Origin: Mantamonas sphyraenae STR306
Lineage: Eukaryota > Protista > CRuMs
DNA length: 64,000 bases
Assembly: GCA_026936335.1 (NCBI GenBank)
Contig: JAPMXV010000057.1
Coordinates: 299,437 to 363,436 of the forward strand
Direction of reading: 5' to 3'
Shown here in pieces: positions 30,401 through 39,600 of this stretch; position 1 is the stretch's first letter, and each line of letters opens with the position of its first letter. The position numbers and the translations under genes are program-made. Below the pieces are notes generated by a model. The model saw only the letters and a list, made by a program, of their open reading frames with translations, did no database searches and was not told where the DNA came from.

Positions 30401-33400
30401 TGTGGTCCGATACGCTTCAGTCGCTGCATCAGGCAGATACAGGCGGTATGGATGCGATGACGGTGTTTGTGGACTCGACCAGTTTGGGAGCCCTGCGGCT
30501 GTCGGTGGATTTTGTGCAATGTCTGCTGGACCACGGCGTGCTGGAGAGCACAGGACTGATGTCCACAGCTGTGGAGAGGTTGGCACATACGTCGTCACAG
30601 GGCGCACACGTGAATCACCTTGTGTACGGAGGCCAGTGTCTGATGCTGCTGGCGGATCCGGAGCTTCCTGCAAGCGAGCACGCATACGCTCGCTTGCATC
30701 ACTACATCGTGGGTGAACCGTGCACACAGTCAGACCTCTCTCGCTGGCAATGCGGGCGCCACAGGTACACGGTGCTTGTGGCGCACAGGGAAGGAGGCAT
30801 CTCGCTGGCGACTCACCTTCAACTGCATCCGAACGACATGCTCGAGGATGTACACAGCAAGCACTTTTCGCAGCAGGTACTCATGGCCCTGCTGTGTACG
30901 CCAGAGTACGACGGACCACACAACTTTTTCATGCAAAAGGTCCCTGGCTATCCGAACCCTCTGGAGAAGGCGCGCACGCTGCACAAGATCGAGTATGCAC
31001 GATGCATGCTGCCGGACATGGATCCGCGTGATGGAAAGGCACCCATCTTTCAGCGGAACTTTTTGTTTTGCATGGACGCTATGCTGGGCAAGGTGGACCA
31101 GGAGGTGGTGCAAGATTTCCTTGTGCTACATCCGGTGCAGGTGCTGCGGAACTGGCTCCACGATGTGGTGGACCACACCATGCACTACACACAAGTGGGT
31201 GCGGATGAACGTGCGGTGCACCTGCAAGGTGTCCAGCTTGTGTATCACCGCATTGCGCAGCTGCAAGATCTGCTGCACGACAACCCGCAGCGAACACTCG
31301 TCGATCTGCTCGTCTCCATGCATCCAGAGACCGGTGTTTACTATCGCCGCCTGCTGAATTTCCACAAGACACCCACCGCTCGGTACAAGCAGGTCATCCA
31401 GGCGTTTGCGAGTCCACGAGGCTTGGACGACACCTCGGCGGCATCCTCGTCGTCATCGTCGTCGACTGCCCTGCTGTCGCCCACGTTTTGCAGGCACCAA
31501 TACCACACGGACGCAAAGGCCGCACTGGCCAACTTGACGTCGATCAGCTCGGACGACAACACGATCATGGAAGCGCGCAAGGCACTTTTGCAGGGAAAGG
31601 GCACGCGTTTCATCCACCTGCCGGACAACCATTGTCGGGAAAGAGTGATCGATTCGATCGACTTTGATACGCTGGCGTCGTACGACAACTTGAGCAAGGG
31701 CAGCCATGAAGAGGGAGGAGGCGACGCCGCGCAAGAGAGCAAGACGAAGCACGCGTTGCAGCAGTCCATCTTGCACACGGTGATTGTGTCCAAGATGACG
31801 TTTGAGAATCTGTTTGTGCGCAACAGCTCTGCGCTGACCGACTCGGTGCTTCTGTCGATCCTGCTGAACTGTGACACAATTGCATACAACGCGTTGACAC
31901 GCATGGACCTGTCTGGAAGTACGCGCATCACAGACACAAGCGTAACACACATCTCGAAGCATTGCCGTGCGTTGGAAGAACTGGTTCTGTGCCGTGTGCA
32001 CACGCTGGTGCACTTGTGTGCGCCGTCGCAACTCGCTGGAGCGGTGTCGCTTACCATGCCGCGTCTGCGGCACCTGGACGTCAGCCAGTGTTCGCAACTC
32101 GTTTCGTTCCATATGGAGTGTCCGTTTATGGAGACACTGGTGGCCACGCAGTGCGAGCGGCTACAACAGCCCGTGGTGAGTACGCAGCACGTGATGGAAG
32201 CCGATTTCACAGGCGCGGTGCAGCTGAGCGATGCAGCCATGGCCGAGTACATTGCAAGGGCTCCGAACACGCGTTCGCTGATTCTCAGCGGCTGCTCCGA
32301 GGTGACGCAACGCAGCTACCGCGAGCGATGTCCTGCGTTGTGCGCATTTGTTGTGCCCGACTCGCCTGCCCTGTTCCGCGCGGTGGAAGATTGCCTGTTC
32401 CATCACGACATTACCAAGCTGGCGATCAACGGGGTCAACTTGGCAGATACCGCAGGGTTGGCTGTGTGCCATGCGTTTGAGCGCAACCGAGAAGTCGACG
32501 AGCTTTCACTGCGCTCGGACCTGCTGGGGGACAAAGTGGCCCATACGTTGGCAGCAGCCATCCGGTACCGTCGCGTGAACTATGCCAAGCACTTGACGGC
32601 TTTGGACGTGAGCTACAACGCGCTGACGGCGCAAGGCTTGAACGAGCTCATGGAAGCGTGCACGTCGATGACGGGCTTCCACTCGCTGATGGTGCGTGAC
32701 AACAAGGTAAACGCAGACAGCTTGGGTGTGCTGGCGTCGATGCTTGCACAGACGGCGTCGTTGACGCGCGTGGACCTGAGCCACAACCGATTGGGACGCA
32801 AGAGTGCATTCGACCTGGAGCGGCTGCTGGAAGGGGACAACAACTTGACATGGCTGGATTTGAGCCACAATGACGTGGGATTGGCCGGTGCCAAGGCCAT
32901 CTGTGCGGCACTGCAGAACAACCGCAAGCTGCAGTCGCTGCACCTGGACACAAACGACATGGGCGCAGAGGCCGGGATGCACCTCGGGCGACTGCTGGAC
33001 AAGAACGAGACGCTGACGGAACTGACAGTGGCATCCAACAGGTTGGGAGACACGGGGGTGGCCGATCTGTGCAAGGGGGTGCACGGAAGCATGACCCTGG
33101 TCAACCTGGATCTAAGCAGCAACGATTTGACGGAAGACGGGTCGGTGCACTTGATGCACGCAGTGCGGCACAACACAAGCTTGCAGGAGCTGAATGTGGG
33201 CTGGAACGGGCTCAGTGCACGCACAAACGAAGAGGTGTACCGGCATGTGTCGTTCAACGTGCGCATCCACAAGCTTTTGGCAGCAGATGAGAAGCTGACA
33301 GACGTGGACATGCAGGAATGGGGGATCGACGATCACTATTGCGGCGTCCTTGCGCGCGTGTTGCCGGCAAGTCCGCATGTGCGCTCGCTGAACCTGTCGC

Positions 33401-36400
33401 ACAACAACATTACGCACAAGGGTGCCATGAACATGGTGGAGGCAGTGCAGCGCACAACATGGCTGGAATCGCTGGATCTGTCGCACAACTACATTGGCAA
33501 CGAAGCGGTGTTTGCATTTACAGAAGTGCTGCGGCTCAACCGGCGCCTGAAGTACCTTAACGTCGACCATCAGCTGTGGGCAAAGCCGACGGTGTTGGTA
33601 AGCAGTGAACTGGGCCAAGACACCACACGTTCGTTGGCGGACGAGACACACGGCAGCACAACGTCGAGCTTTGCCATGGTGAGCGCGTTCCTGGACGAGG
33701 ACAACGAGGTGGCGGGCACGGTGACGGCGCGCAGAGTGAGTGGTGAGCAGGCGGGTGATGACGAGTTGACAGGACAACCTCCGGTGACTGTGGAAAGCAT
33801 CTACGAGGCGATCCGAGAGGCAGCGAGTGGGGAGCAGGCTGGCGAGGCGTTTGTGCTGAAATTGGACAAGAGGCGCATGGACCTGTTTGCCATCGAGTAC
33901 CTGTGCACGGAGATCCTGACACAGTCGGCATGTCCGTTGACCGGGCTGAGCATGCGCCACAATGGGATTGGACATGCGGGTGGTTTGGCGATTGCCGGGG
34001 CGATGGCAAGCAACCAATCGCTGCGGAAGCTGCAACTGGGTTGGAACCACTTTGACGACACGATTGCAGATGAAATGGGCCGTGCGTTGGGTGAGTGTCA
34101 CGTGCTGGAAGAGGTGGAATTGACGTGCACGAATCTGATGAGTGCGGGTGTACAGGCGCTGATGCGCGGCATGGAGAGGAACAAGAGTGTGCGCACCCTG
34201 CATCTGGGCCAAAATTCCATCGGTGCCGAGGCAGGACCGGCCATTGGACGGATGCTGCAGGAGAACGACACGCTGAGGCACTTGACGCTGCAAGGAAACG
34301 AGCTTGGTGACGAGGGGGTGGACGTGATTGCAGATGCGCTGCGGGTGAACGAAACGCTGGGACTGCTGGATTTGGGTGGGAACGGGGTGGGAGACGCCGG
34401 GGCGCAGGCGATGGCGAGCCACCTGCGTGAGAACGCAGTGCTTCACACGCTCCTGTTGGACGACAACGACATAGGCGACAAAGGCGCGCGTGAGCTGTTT
34501 TACACGCTGGAGGGCTGCACCAACATGCAAGAGCTGTCGATCAACACAAACCGCGTGAACAACGGCGAGATTGCACAAGACATCCGCGCGTTTTGCAAGA
34601 TGCACACGTTTCTGATGAGGCTGGAGGCTCAGGAGGAAGGGCTTCACGCGTTGCATCTGACCAACTACGCACTGGGAGACGTGGGCTGCACACAGGTGGC
34701 GAACGCGCTGCGTCGCAACAAACACCTGCGCAGCTTGGAACTGAACATCAACCAGATCGGAGAGGAGGGGGCGCTGCACCTTGCGCATGCATTGGAATTC
34801 AACAACACCCTCACGAGTCTGGATGTGAGCGACAACCTGCTGGAGGACAGTGGAGTGAGCCACCTGGCGGATGCACTGAAACGCAATGAGGCACTTACTG
34901 CGCTGAACCTGACGTTGAACAGCTTTGGGGTGGACGGAGTGGTTGCCATGGCATCTGCGCTGAGACATAACAGCGCGTTGCAGGTGCTGGAGCTGAGCCA
35001 CAATTTCGTGGGGCCTGTGGGATGCGACCAACTGTACAAAAGCATGTGCGCAAACGAGACGCTGACGGAGCTTGGGTTGGCCAATGCACACGTGGGCGAC
35101 GATGGCTTGGCACTGCTGGTGCGCATGTTGCCTGCAAACGGGACGTTGGTGTCACTGGATTTGAGCGGGAACCAACTTACGAGCGAAGGGAGCGAGGATC
35201 TGGCGCAAGGCATCCTGCACTGCAAGGGACTGATGCGGCTGCTGTTGGGCAAGAACTCGCTGATGGACAGCGGAGCAGGGCGTGTGTTTCGTGCGCTGCG
35301 GTTCAACACGACGCTGACGTCGCTGGATCTGGCGCACAACGTGATTGGTACGGAGGCGCTGCACGAGTTTGAGGCGACGCTGGAGTCGAACACGACGCTG
35401 GTAAGCCTGGGTCTGGAAGGAAACCAGGTGGACATGTCGCTGCAAGCGACGCTGATGGACAGGCTGGAACTCAACCGCAGCGTGACGCGTCTCATTGTGA
35501 ACGACACGGAGCTGCGTGAGCTGACAATCGACCTTTATCTGCACGGGGTCGGGGCCAAGATGCTCGCAGAGGGGCTGTACGATAACCAGGCGTTGCGATC
35601 GCTACGACTGGAAGGCAATTCGATGGACGCGGACGACTTGATGCTCGTGTGTGTGAGTCTACAAGACAACCAGACATTGGAGCGGCTGGAGGTGCTGAAG
35701 AACCCGTTGGGAGGAAGTGGCGGAGAGCACATGGGCCAGCTGCTGAGCCATTTGGCATGTGGGGTGCGGCACGTGAGCCTGATCGAGTGCGAATTGGGCG
35801 ACGCAGGAGTGGCAGCAATTGGCGAGGCGCTGGGCACAAACCAATCGCTGGGTGAGCTGGTGCTGTGTGGCAACGGGTTTGGAGTGACGGGCAGCGAAAT
35901 GATGGGTTGGGGATTGGAACGCAACGTCGGGCTGCAATCGCTGAACGTGAGCCAGAACCCACTGGGAGGGGCAGGGGTGGATGCATTGGCTGAGGCGCTT
36001 GCAGGAAACGACACGCTGACAAAGCTGGACATCAGCTACTGCCACCTGGATGTGTTTGCAGGGCGGTCGGTTGCAAACTTGTTGCGGCACGGTTCGCTGG
36101 AATGGCTGGAGCTGAGATGGAACAAGTTGGGGGACCACGGAGTGGAATTGGTGGCGGGTGGCCTTGTAGAAAACCGACGTCTGAGCTACCTGGGGTTGAA
36201 CTCGTGTGGGTTTGGGCCGGACGGGTGCACAGTGCTCGCGCGGTGCCTGAAGGAGAACCACGGGTTGGAGGAGCTGGATGTGAGCAAAAACGAAATTGGA
36301 TCGCGAGGAATGGGCTACCTGGGCATGGCGCTTCGGGACAACGTTTGTCTGCGCGCACTGAACGTAAACTGGTGCGCACTGGGCGACCAGGGGGCGATGC

Positions 36401-36612
36401 AGATGGCCAAGCTGCTGAAATGCAATGGAGGGTTGGAGAGCGTGCGCATGGAGTGGAACGACATCGGGGATGTGGGTGGCGAGGCGTTGATCCGGATGAT
36501 CAAGAGCAATCAGACCGTGCGTGAGCTGGCCGTGTTGATTGGCAACCGGATGGGAAACGAGGTGCACGGCGAGTTGCGGCGCATTGCAGAGGCACGAGCG
36601 GGTTTGGCATGA
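27496..36612 (+). CDS. Giant (~3040 aa) protein: DUF294/GlnD-like nucleotidyltransferase fold + PI3/4-kinase-like domain + very long LRR array
   Basis: LGPPPCAFSLLAFGDLSRGFVTPYS at ~28690. DPELPASEHA..FSQQVLMALLCTPE..NFLFCMDAM at ~30650-31090. FBXL-type LRRs, then dozens of 28-aa RI-type LRRs (LxxLxLxxNxIGxxG) from ~31800 to the end. Confidence 0.8.
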   Translation: MSDDDSVLLHAFVGLLTEHIPLYASMATSVGTAAAESNFLHCLFALEHSRAASSNLDATAASTRALFQTTDGILHGMDASQQLKFLQDVERLATQEQFGTYVEALKETVEARQPQRIDDPLYNPDRVEELLRERMGDSEVDVAVHKASEKGQRKDEHGSGDETSRARAPDFAQHGQLTTQLQAVFDTFRMMEHKTMRPEELQQQLVLTQNKVSGLEALHGVTVALPVVLRRLDASVGDLPAVYLLHTGVKLLADRLLLQGHGPRAREAYDAFRERVSTQAHKSNTGYDPMLLLEEVVKLSHVQLEKPYAAPTHVYAAWREYSTVLASHDALHDLHRSRLDTMLPSLLPFWMNYRQSLSALRTNVAERLGQDTSNLAKDVHTWMLQLLATLVADAELVLGPPPCAFSLLAFGDLSRGFVTPYSAVQLAVLVDQRHEYFDALVRLLHFKFLCFDETHESRPGLRLHFTHNPVTMPALLDTPEGMASYFYGDGALKLIKSAMSGRRANKGERSGTARGLVSDTPRLDQVRGTRWHFGDSQFHFDTFANMYSSRSMAQYSTSEVVEDLSATLDNLLGESKAMGRIQAPAGEEIHANTFATVALSLLDAVVMYSHSVSTSSSSSSSAPAAEGAEGADAAGGLFAQLHAHIHTHLVAQDVVRQMPLHQSLALECFSSLVQEYESVRHSSVGARLNLWQECIEPVHRLLVAMLLYFNMPLGSVGHNFNALCKRAILDWSFGDMAMQLAGRLHVLRLSASIQAGVACDDMQLKDESSSSSSSSSSSSSSMWLKDMQGTTDTSTHVRHRVTSGQRKVVLAWYWSVLRAMFNGCVRELESFKEYARLQNALPDTESKLTSDTSHLFDWRAYHPIDEDFLHNLVYRQASSAFKYSNSVQLLESIEGVLYCLSLKADHSYRAVVANHRAYYVQLPDQFRKVYLSKMEEIEHEDVMTLMRENLASHPDPGGERADAQERQRVWSDTLQSLHQADTGGMDAMTVFVDSTSLGALRLSVDFVQCLLDHGVLESTGLMSTAVERLAHTSSQGAHVNHLVYGGQCLMLLADPELPASEHAYARLHHYIVGEPCTQSDLSRWQCGRHRYTVLVAHREGGISLATHLQLHPNDMLEDVHSKHFSQQVLMALLCTPEYDGPHNFFMQKVPGYPNPLEKARTLHKIEYARCMLPDMDPRDGKAPIFQRNFLFCMDAMLGKVDQEVVQDFLVLHPVQVLRNWLHDVVDHTMHYTQVGADERAVHLQGVQLVYHRIAQLQDLLHDNPQRTLVDLLVSMHPETGVYYRRLLNFHKTPTARYKQVIQAFASPRGLDDTSAASSSSSSSTALLSPTFCRHQYHTDAKAALANLTSISSDDNTIMEARKALLQGKGTRFIHLPDNHCRERVIDSIDFDTLASYDNLSKGSHEEGGGDAAQESKTKHALQQSILHTVIVSKMTFENLFVRNSSALTDSVLLSILLNCDTIAYNALTRMDLSGSTRITDTSVTHISKHCRALEELVLCRVHTLVHLCAPSQLAGAVSLTMPRLRHLDVSQCSQLVSFHMECPFMETLVATQCERLQQPVVSTQHVMEADFTGAVQLSDAAMAEYIARAPNTRSLILSGCSEVTQRSYRERCPALCAFVVPDSPALFRAVEDCLFHHDITKLAINGVNLADTAGLAVCHAFERNREVDELSLRSDLLGDKVAHTLAAAIRYRRVNYAKHLTALDVSYNALTAQGLNELMEACTSMTGFHSLMVRDNKVNADSLGVLASMLAQTASLTRVDLSHNRLGRKSAFDLERLLEGDNNLTWLDLSHNDVGLAGAKAICAALQNNRKLQSLHLDTNDMGAEAGMHLGRLLDKNETLTELTVASNRLGDTGVADLCKGVHGSMTLVNLDLSSNDLTEDGSVHLMHAVRHNTSLQELNVGWNGLSARTNEEVYRHVSFNVRIHKLLAADEKLTDVDMQEWGIDDHYCGVLARVLPASPHVRSLNLSHNNITHKGAMNMVEAVQRTTWLESLDLSHNYIGNEAVFAFTEVLRLNRRLKYLNVDHQLWAKPTVLVSSELGQDTTRSLADETHGSTTSSFAMVSAFLDEDNEVAGTVTARRVSGEQAGDDELTGQPPVTVESIYEAIREAASGEQAGEAFVLKLDKRRMDLFAIEYLCTEILTQSACPLTGLSMRHNGIGHAGGLAIAGAMASNQSLRKLQLGWNHFDDTIADEMGRALGECHVLEEVELTCTNLMSAGVQALMRGMERNKSVRTLHLGQNSIGAEAGPAIGRMLQENDTLRHLTLQGNELGDEGVDVIADALRVNETLGLLDLGGNGVGDAGAQAMASHLRENAVLHTLLLDDNDIGDKGARELFYTLEGCTNMQELSINTNRVNNGEIAQDIRAFCKMHTFLMRLEAQEEGLHALHLTNYALGDVGCTQVANALRRNKHLRSLELNINQIGEEGALHLAHALEFNNTLTSLDVSDNLLEDSGVSHLADALKRNEALTALNLTLNSFGVDGVVAMASALRHNSALQVLELSHNFVGPVGCDQLYKSMCANETLTELGLANAHVGDDGLALLVRMLPANGTLVSLDLSGNQLTSEGSEDLAQGILHCKGLMRLLLGKNSLMDSGAGRVFRALRFNTTLTSLDLAHNVIGTEALHEFEATLESNTTLVSLGLEGNQVDMSLQATLMDRLELNRSVTRLIVNDTELRELTIDLYLHGVGAKMLAEGLYDNQALRSLRLEGNSMDADDLMLVCVSLQDNQTLERLEVLKNPLGGSGGEHMGQLLSHLACGVRHVSLIECELGDAGVAAIGEALGTNQSLGELVLCGNGFGVTGSEMMGWGLERNVGLQSLNVSQNPLGGAGVDALAEALAGNDTLTKLDISYCHLDVFAGRSVANLLRHGSLEWLELRWNKLGDHGVELVAGGLVENRRLSYLGLNSCGFGPDGCTVLARCLKENHGLEELDVSKNEIGSRGMGYLGMALRDNVCLRALNVNWCALGDQGAMQMAKLLKCNGGLESVRMEWNDIGDVGGEALIRMIKSNQTVRELAVLIGNRMGNEVHGELRRIAEARAGLA

Positions 36613-36639
36613 ATGAAATGAAGTGCTTCCATTGGAGCG

Positions 36640-39600
36640 TTATCCGTGCAAACGGCGTGTGTCGACGTCCAGAGTGGTGTGCTGCTGTTGGAGCTGCACG
36701 AGCTCGTCTGTGTCCATGCTGTCAGAGCAAAGGCGTCGGAGGCCAGGAAAGGTGTGCTTGACCGTGTCAAAGATGCTGGACGTGGGCAACAAGGGGCAAT
36801 CGAGGACGTTGAGACATTGGAGGGCATCGGAGGGAGCGAGTCCTTGAAGGTCCTCCAGGTTGTGACTGCTTTGGAGATCGAGCTCGACAAGGGTGGGGAG
36901 GACGGCGTTGATGGAGAGGAGGTGGGCAGCGGTGATCCAGGGGCAGCGGCGGATGCGAAGGGTGCTCAGGGAGGTGAATGGGAGGAGGAGAGTTTCGAGG
37001 TGCTGAGGACTGGCTTCCGGGACGGCGTCGAGGTGAATTTCGCGGATGGCTTGGGGTGCGTCGAAGCGAGCAAAGTCTTGGGCGTAGTCGCAGGGCCATG
37101 CAATGAGGCAGATGGAGGTGAGGAGGGTGGAGTGGGTGGCTGCGTGTGCGAGGGAGATGTTGGCGTCTCCTTGGCCGAGCTTTTCGTTATCGCTTCCGCG
37201 TGGCAGGGCCACGGTAAGGTGTCTGAGGTTGGGGAAAGCAGTGGGCAGGATATCGATCATTTCCTGCTGCATGGATTGCACCTGCACGAGCTGCAGTGAG
37301 GTCAGGGTGGGCTCGCACGCGTTGGCGAGGAGCTTGAGGCCGTCTGCGGTGACGCCGGAGCAGTTTGTGAGCTTGAGGGAAGTCAAACTGGTGAGGTGTT
37401 CACCAAGAACCTTCCAATCGCCCTCTTGGATGTCAGTGAAGCCGGCGAGCTCGAGTTGGCGGAGCTGGTGGCAGTTTGTGCCCAGACCCTGGAAACCAGG
37501 CAGACCGAGCTCGCTCTGACTGGCTTCAGATGACGATGAGGATGAGGAGGAGGAGGAGGATGAGGAGGAAGAGGAGACGCTGTTTGTGCGTTTGCGGTCA
37601 ACGGCGTCTGGAGCACAGTAGACGAGGCGTGTGAGCGAGGCAGCATGTTGAGCAATGATGGCGGCCATGCGTTTGGTGGACATGGAGGCGCAATTGACAA
37701 ACTCGAGGGAGTCGATGTTGTTGCAGCGCTGGAGGAGGTCGTCGAGGGAACGCTCGTTGATGAGGGGGCAATTGTGGAGATGGAGGGAGCGGAGGGCAGA
37801 GTAGCGATAGGCGATGGACAGGACGCCCGAGTTGCCGAGGTTGGTACAGTCTTGCATCCAGAGGTGCTGAACAGAGACAGCCTCGCTGCCAAGAAGGACT
37901 TCAAGGTGGCCGTCGACAATACGTGGCCCTCGCACGCGGAGGGACTCGACGTTGGTGGCGACGGAGGAGAGGGAAAGGATCATGCGGTGGCTGAGGTCGT
38001 GGGTGTGCACGCTGAGGTCGAGATGTTTCCACACGTTTGCGTCGTTGAGGACGTGCTTCCAGCGCGAGCAGACACGGCGGCATTTGAAACGATCGGGAAG
38101 GGAAAGGTGTGAAAAGATGCGGCGGAGGGTGGACTTGTCGAGGTCTTGCATGGTGGTGCGGTGAATCATGGAGCGGTCCTGGTCGATGCGCTGCTCGAGA
38201 GCAAAGCGCTGCTGGCGTTGAGCGACGCTGCGCCAGGACTGTAGCTGGTGGACCTCTGTCACGGTGCGGAGGAGAGCAGCGGGCTTTCGGGGATCCTCTT
38301 TGGTGGCGTACATCCATCCGTGGAGGTGTTGGTCGCGGCAAAGGTCGTCGAGCTGGGTGGAGGCAAAGGCGTGCGTGGGAACGTCGGCCTTGTTGGCGAC
38401 CGCAAAAACGTAGACAGAGTCGAGGCTCCAGGAGTCGATTTCGGTCTTGCAGGAGGCAGCTTGGTGGAGGGTGGAGGGCTGGTCGAGGGCAAGAAGCAGG
38501 AGGACGACGTCGGGAGGCGGGGTACCGATGGGCATGCGGTCTGCGAAGGATGAGGAGGCAGTCTTGAAGGTGCGCTTGTTGGTGGTCATGAGATGCATGG
38601 CGACGGAGTAGCGTGTGCCGTTGGTCCAGGTGACGGCGCGGGCGTAGGTGTCGCCGACGAGGAGGAACTCGGTGCCCTTGGAAAAGGTCTGCTGGGCGAG
38701 CGCGGCCATGAGGGTGTACTTGCCCGTGTTGGCAGGCCCCATGATGAGCATGTTCATGTCCATTTCGTCGACCATAGAGACAGTGTCGGTGAGATAGATC
38801 TGGCCGTACATGGCGATACGTTGCGGGAGAATGGAGCGCATGGCGTCTGTGATGGCCATGGCCTCGCTGTCGACAAGGTGGTTCGAGCGCAGGTCCAGGA
38901 CCTCAATTCGAGTGTCTGGGTTGTTGCAGAGGGCGGCCACGAGGATGTGTGCTGAACGGTGGTCAAAGGCGTTGCCTTGGAGGTGGAGGCGCTGCAGGGT
39001 GGCGTTGCGGGAAAGGGCGTCTGCGAGAGCGGTGGCACCCTCTGTGCCAAAGGAGTTGTTGCGGAGAAAGAGGTGGCGGAGGCTTGTGTTGTCCTTGAGC
39101 ATGGCGCTGATGCGCTGGGCGGTCTGCGGGCCGAGACCGTTTGCAGAGAGGTCGAGAGAGGTGATGTGTGTGTTGTCGTGGAGCATGCCAGCAATAATGC
39201 AGGCGGCGTCGTCGCCGAGGCGGAGGGAGCCTGCAGACATAAAGGGGGCGGGGGCTTGGGAGTGGCCGTCATTGTCGTCATCGTGTTGGTCGTCGTGGTC
39301 GTCGTGGCGCTGGGCAACGGGGCTCAGCCAGTGCATGAGGCGAGCGTGTTTGCGGACAAAGGCCTGGACGTCGTAGCGAGAAATCCAAGGGTGCTGTTGG
39401 ATGTCCGAGTGGCGGACGACGTCGTGGCAGCCGTCGAGGAGGAGGACGGCAAACTGGGCGTCCATCTGGGCAAATCGTTGGAGGCGAGGGCTGGTGAGCT
39501 GTGGGCAGTTTGACAAGTCGACGGTCATGGCTTGGTTCTGGCTGAAGGCGAGAGGTTTGACGAGGGATTCGCAGTTGGAGAGGTCAAGGAAAGAGAGCTG

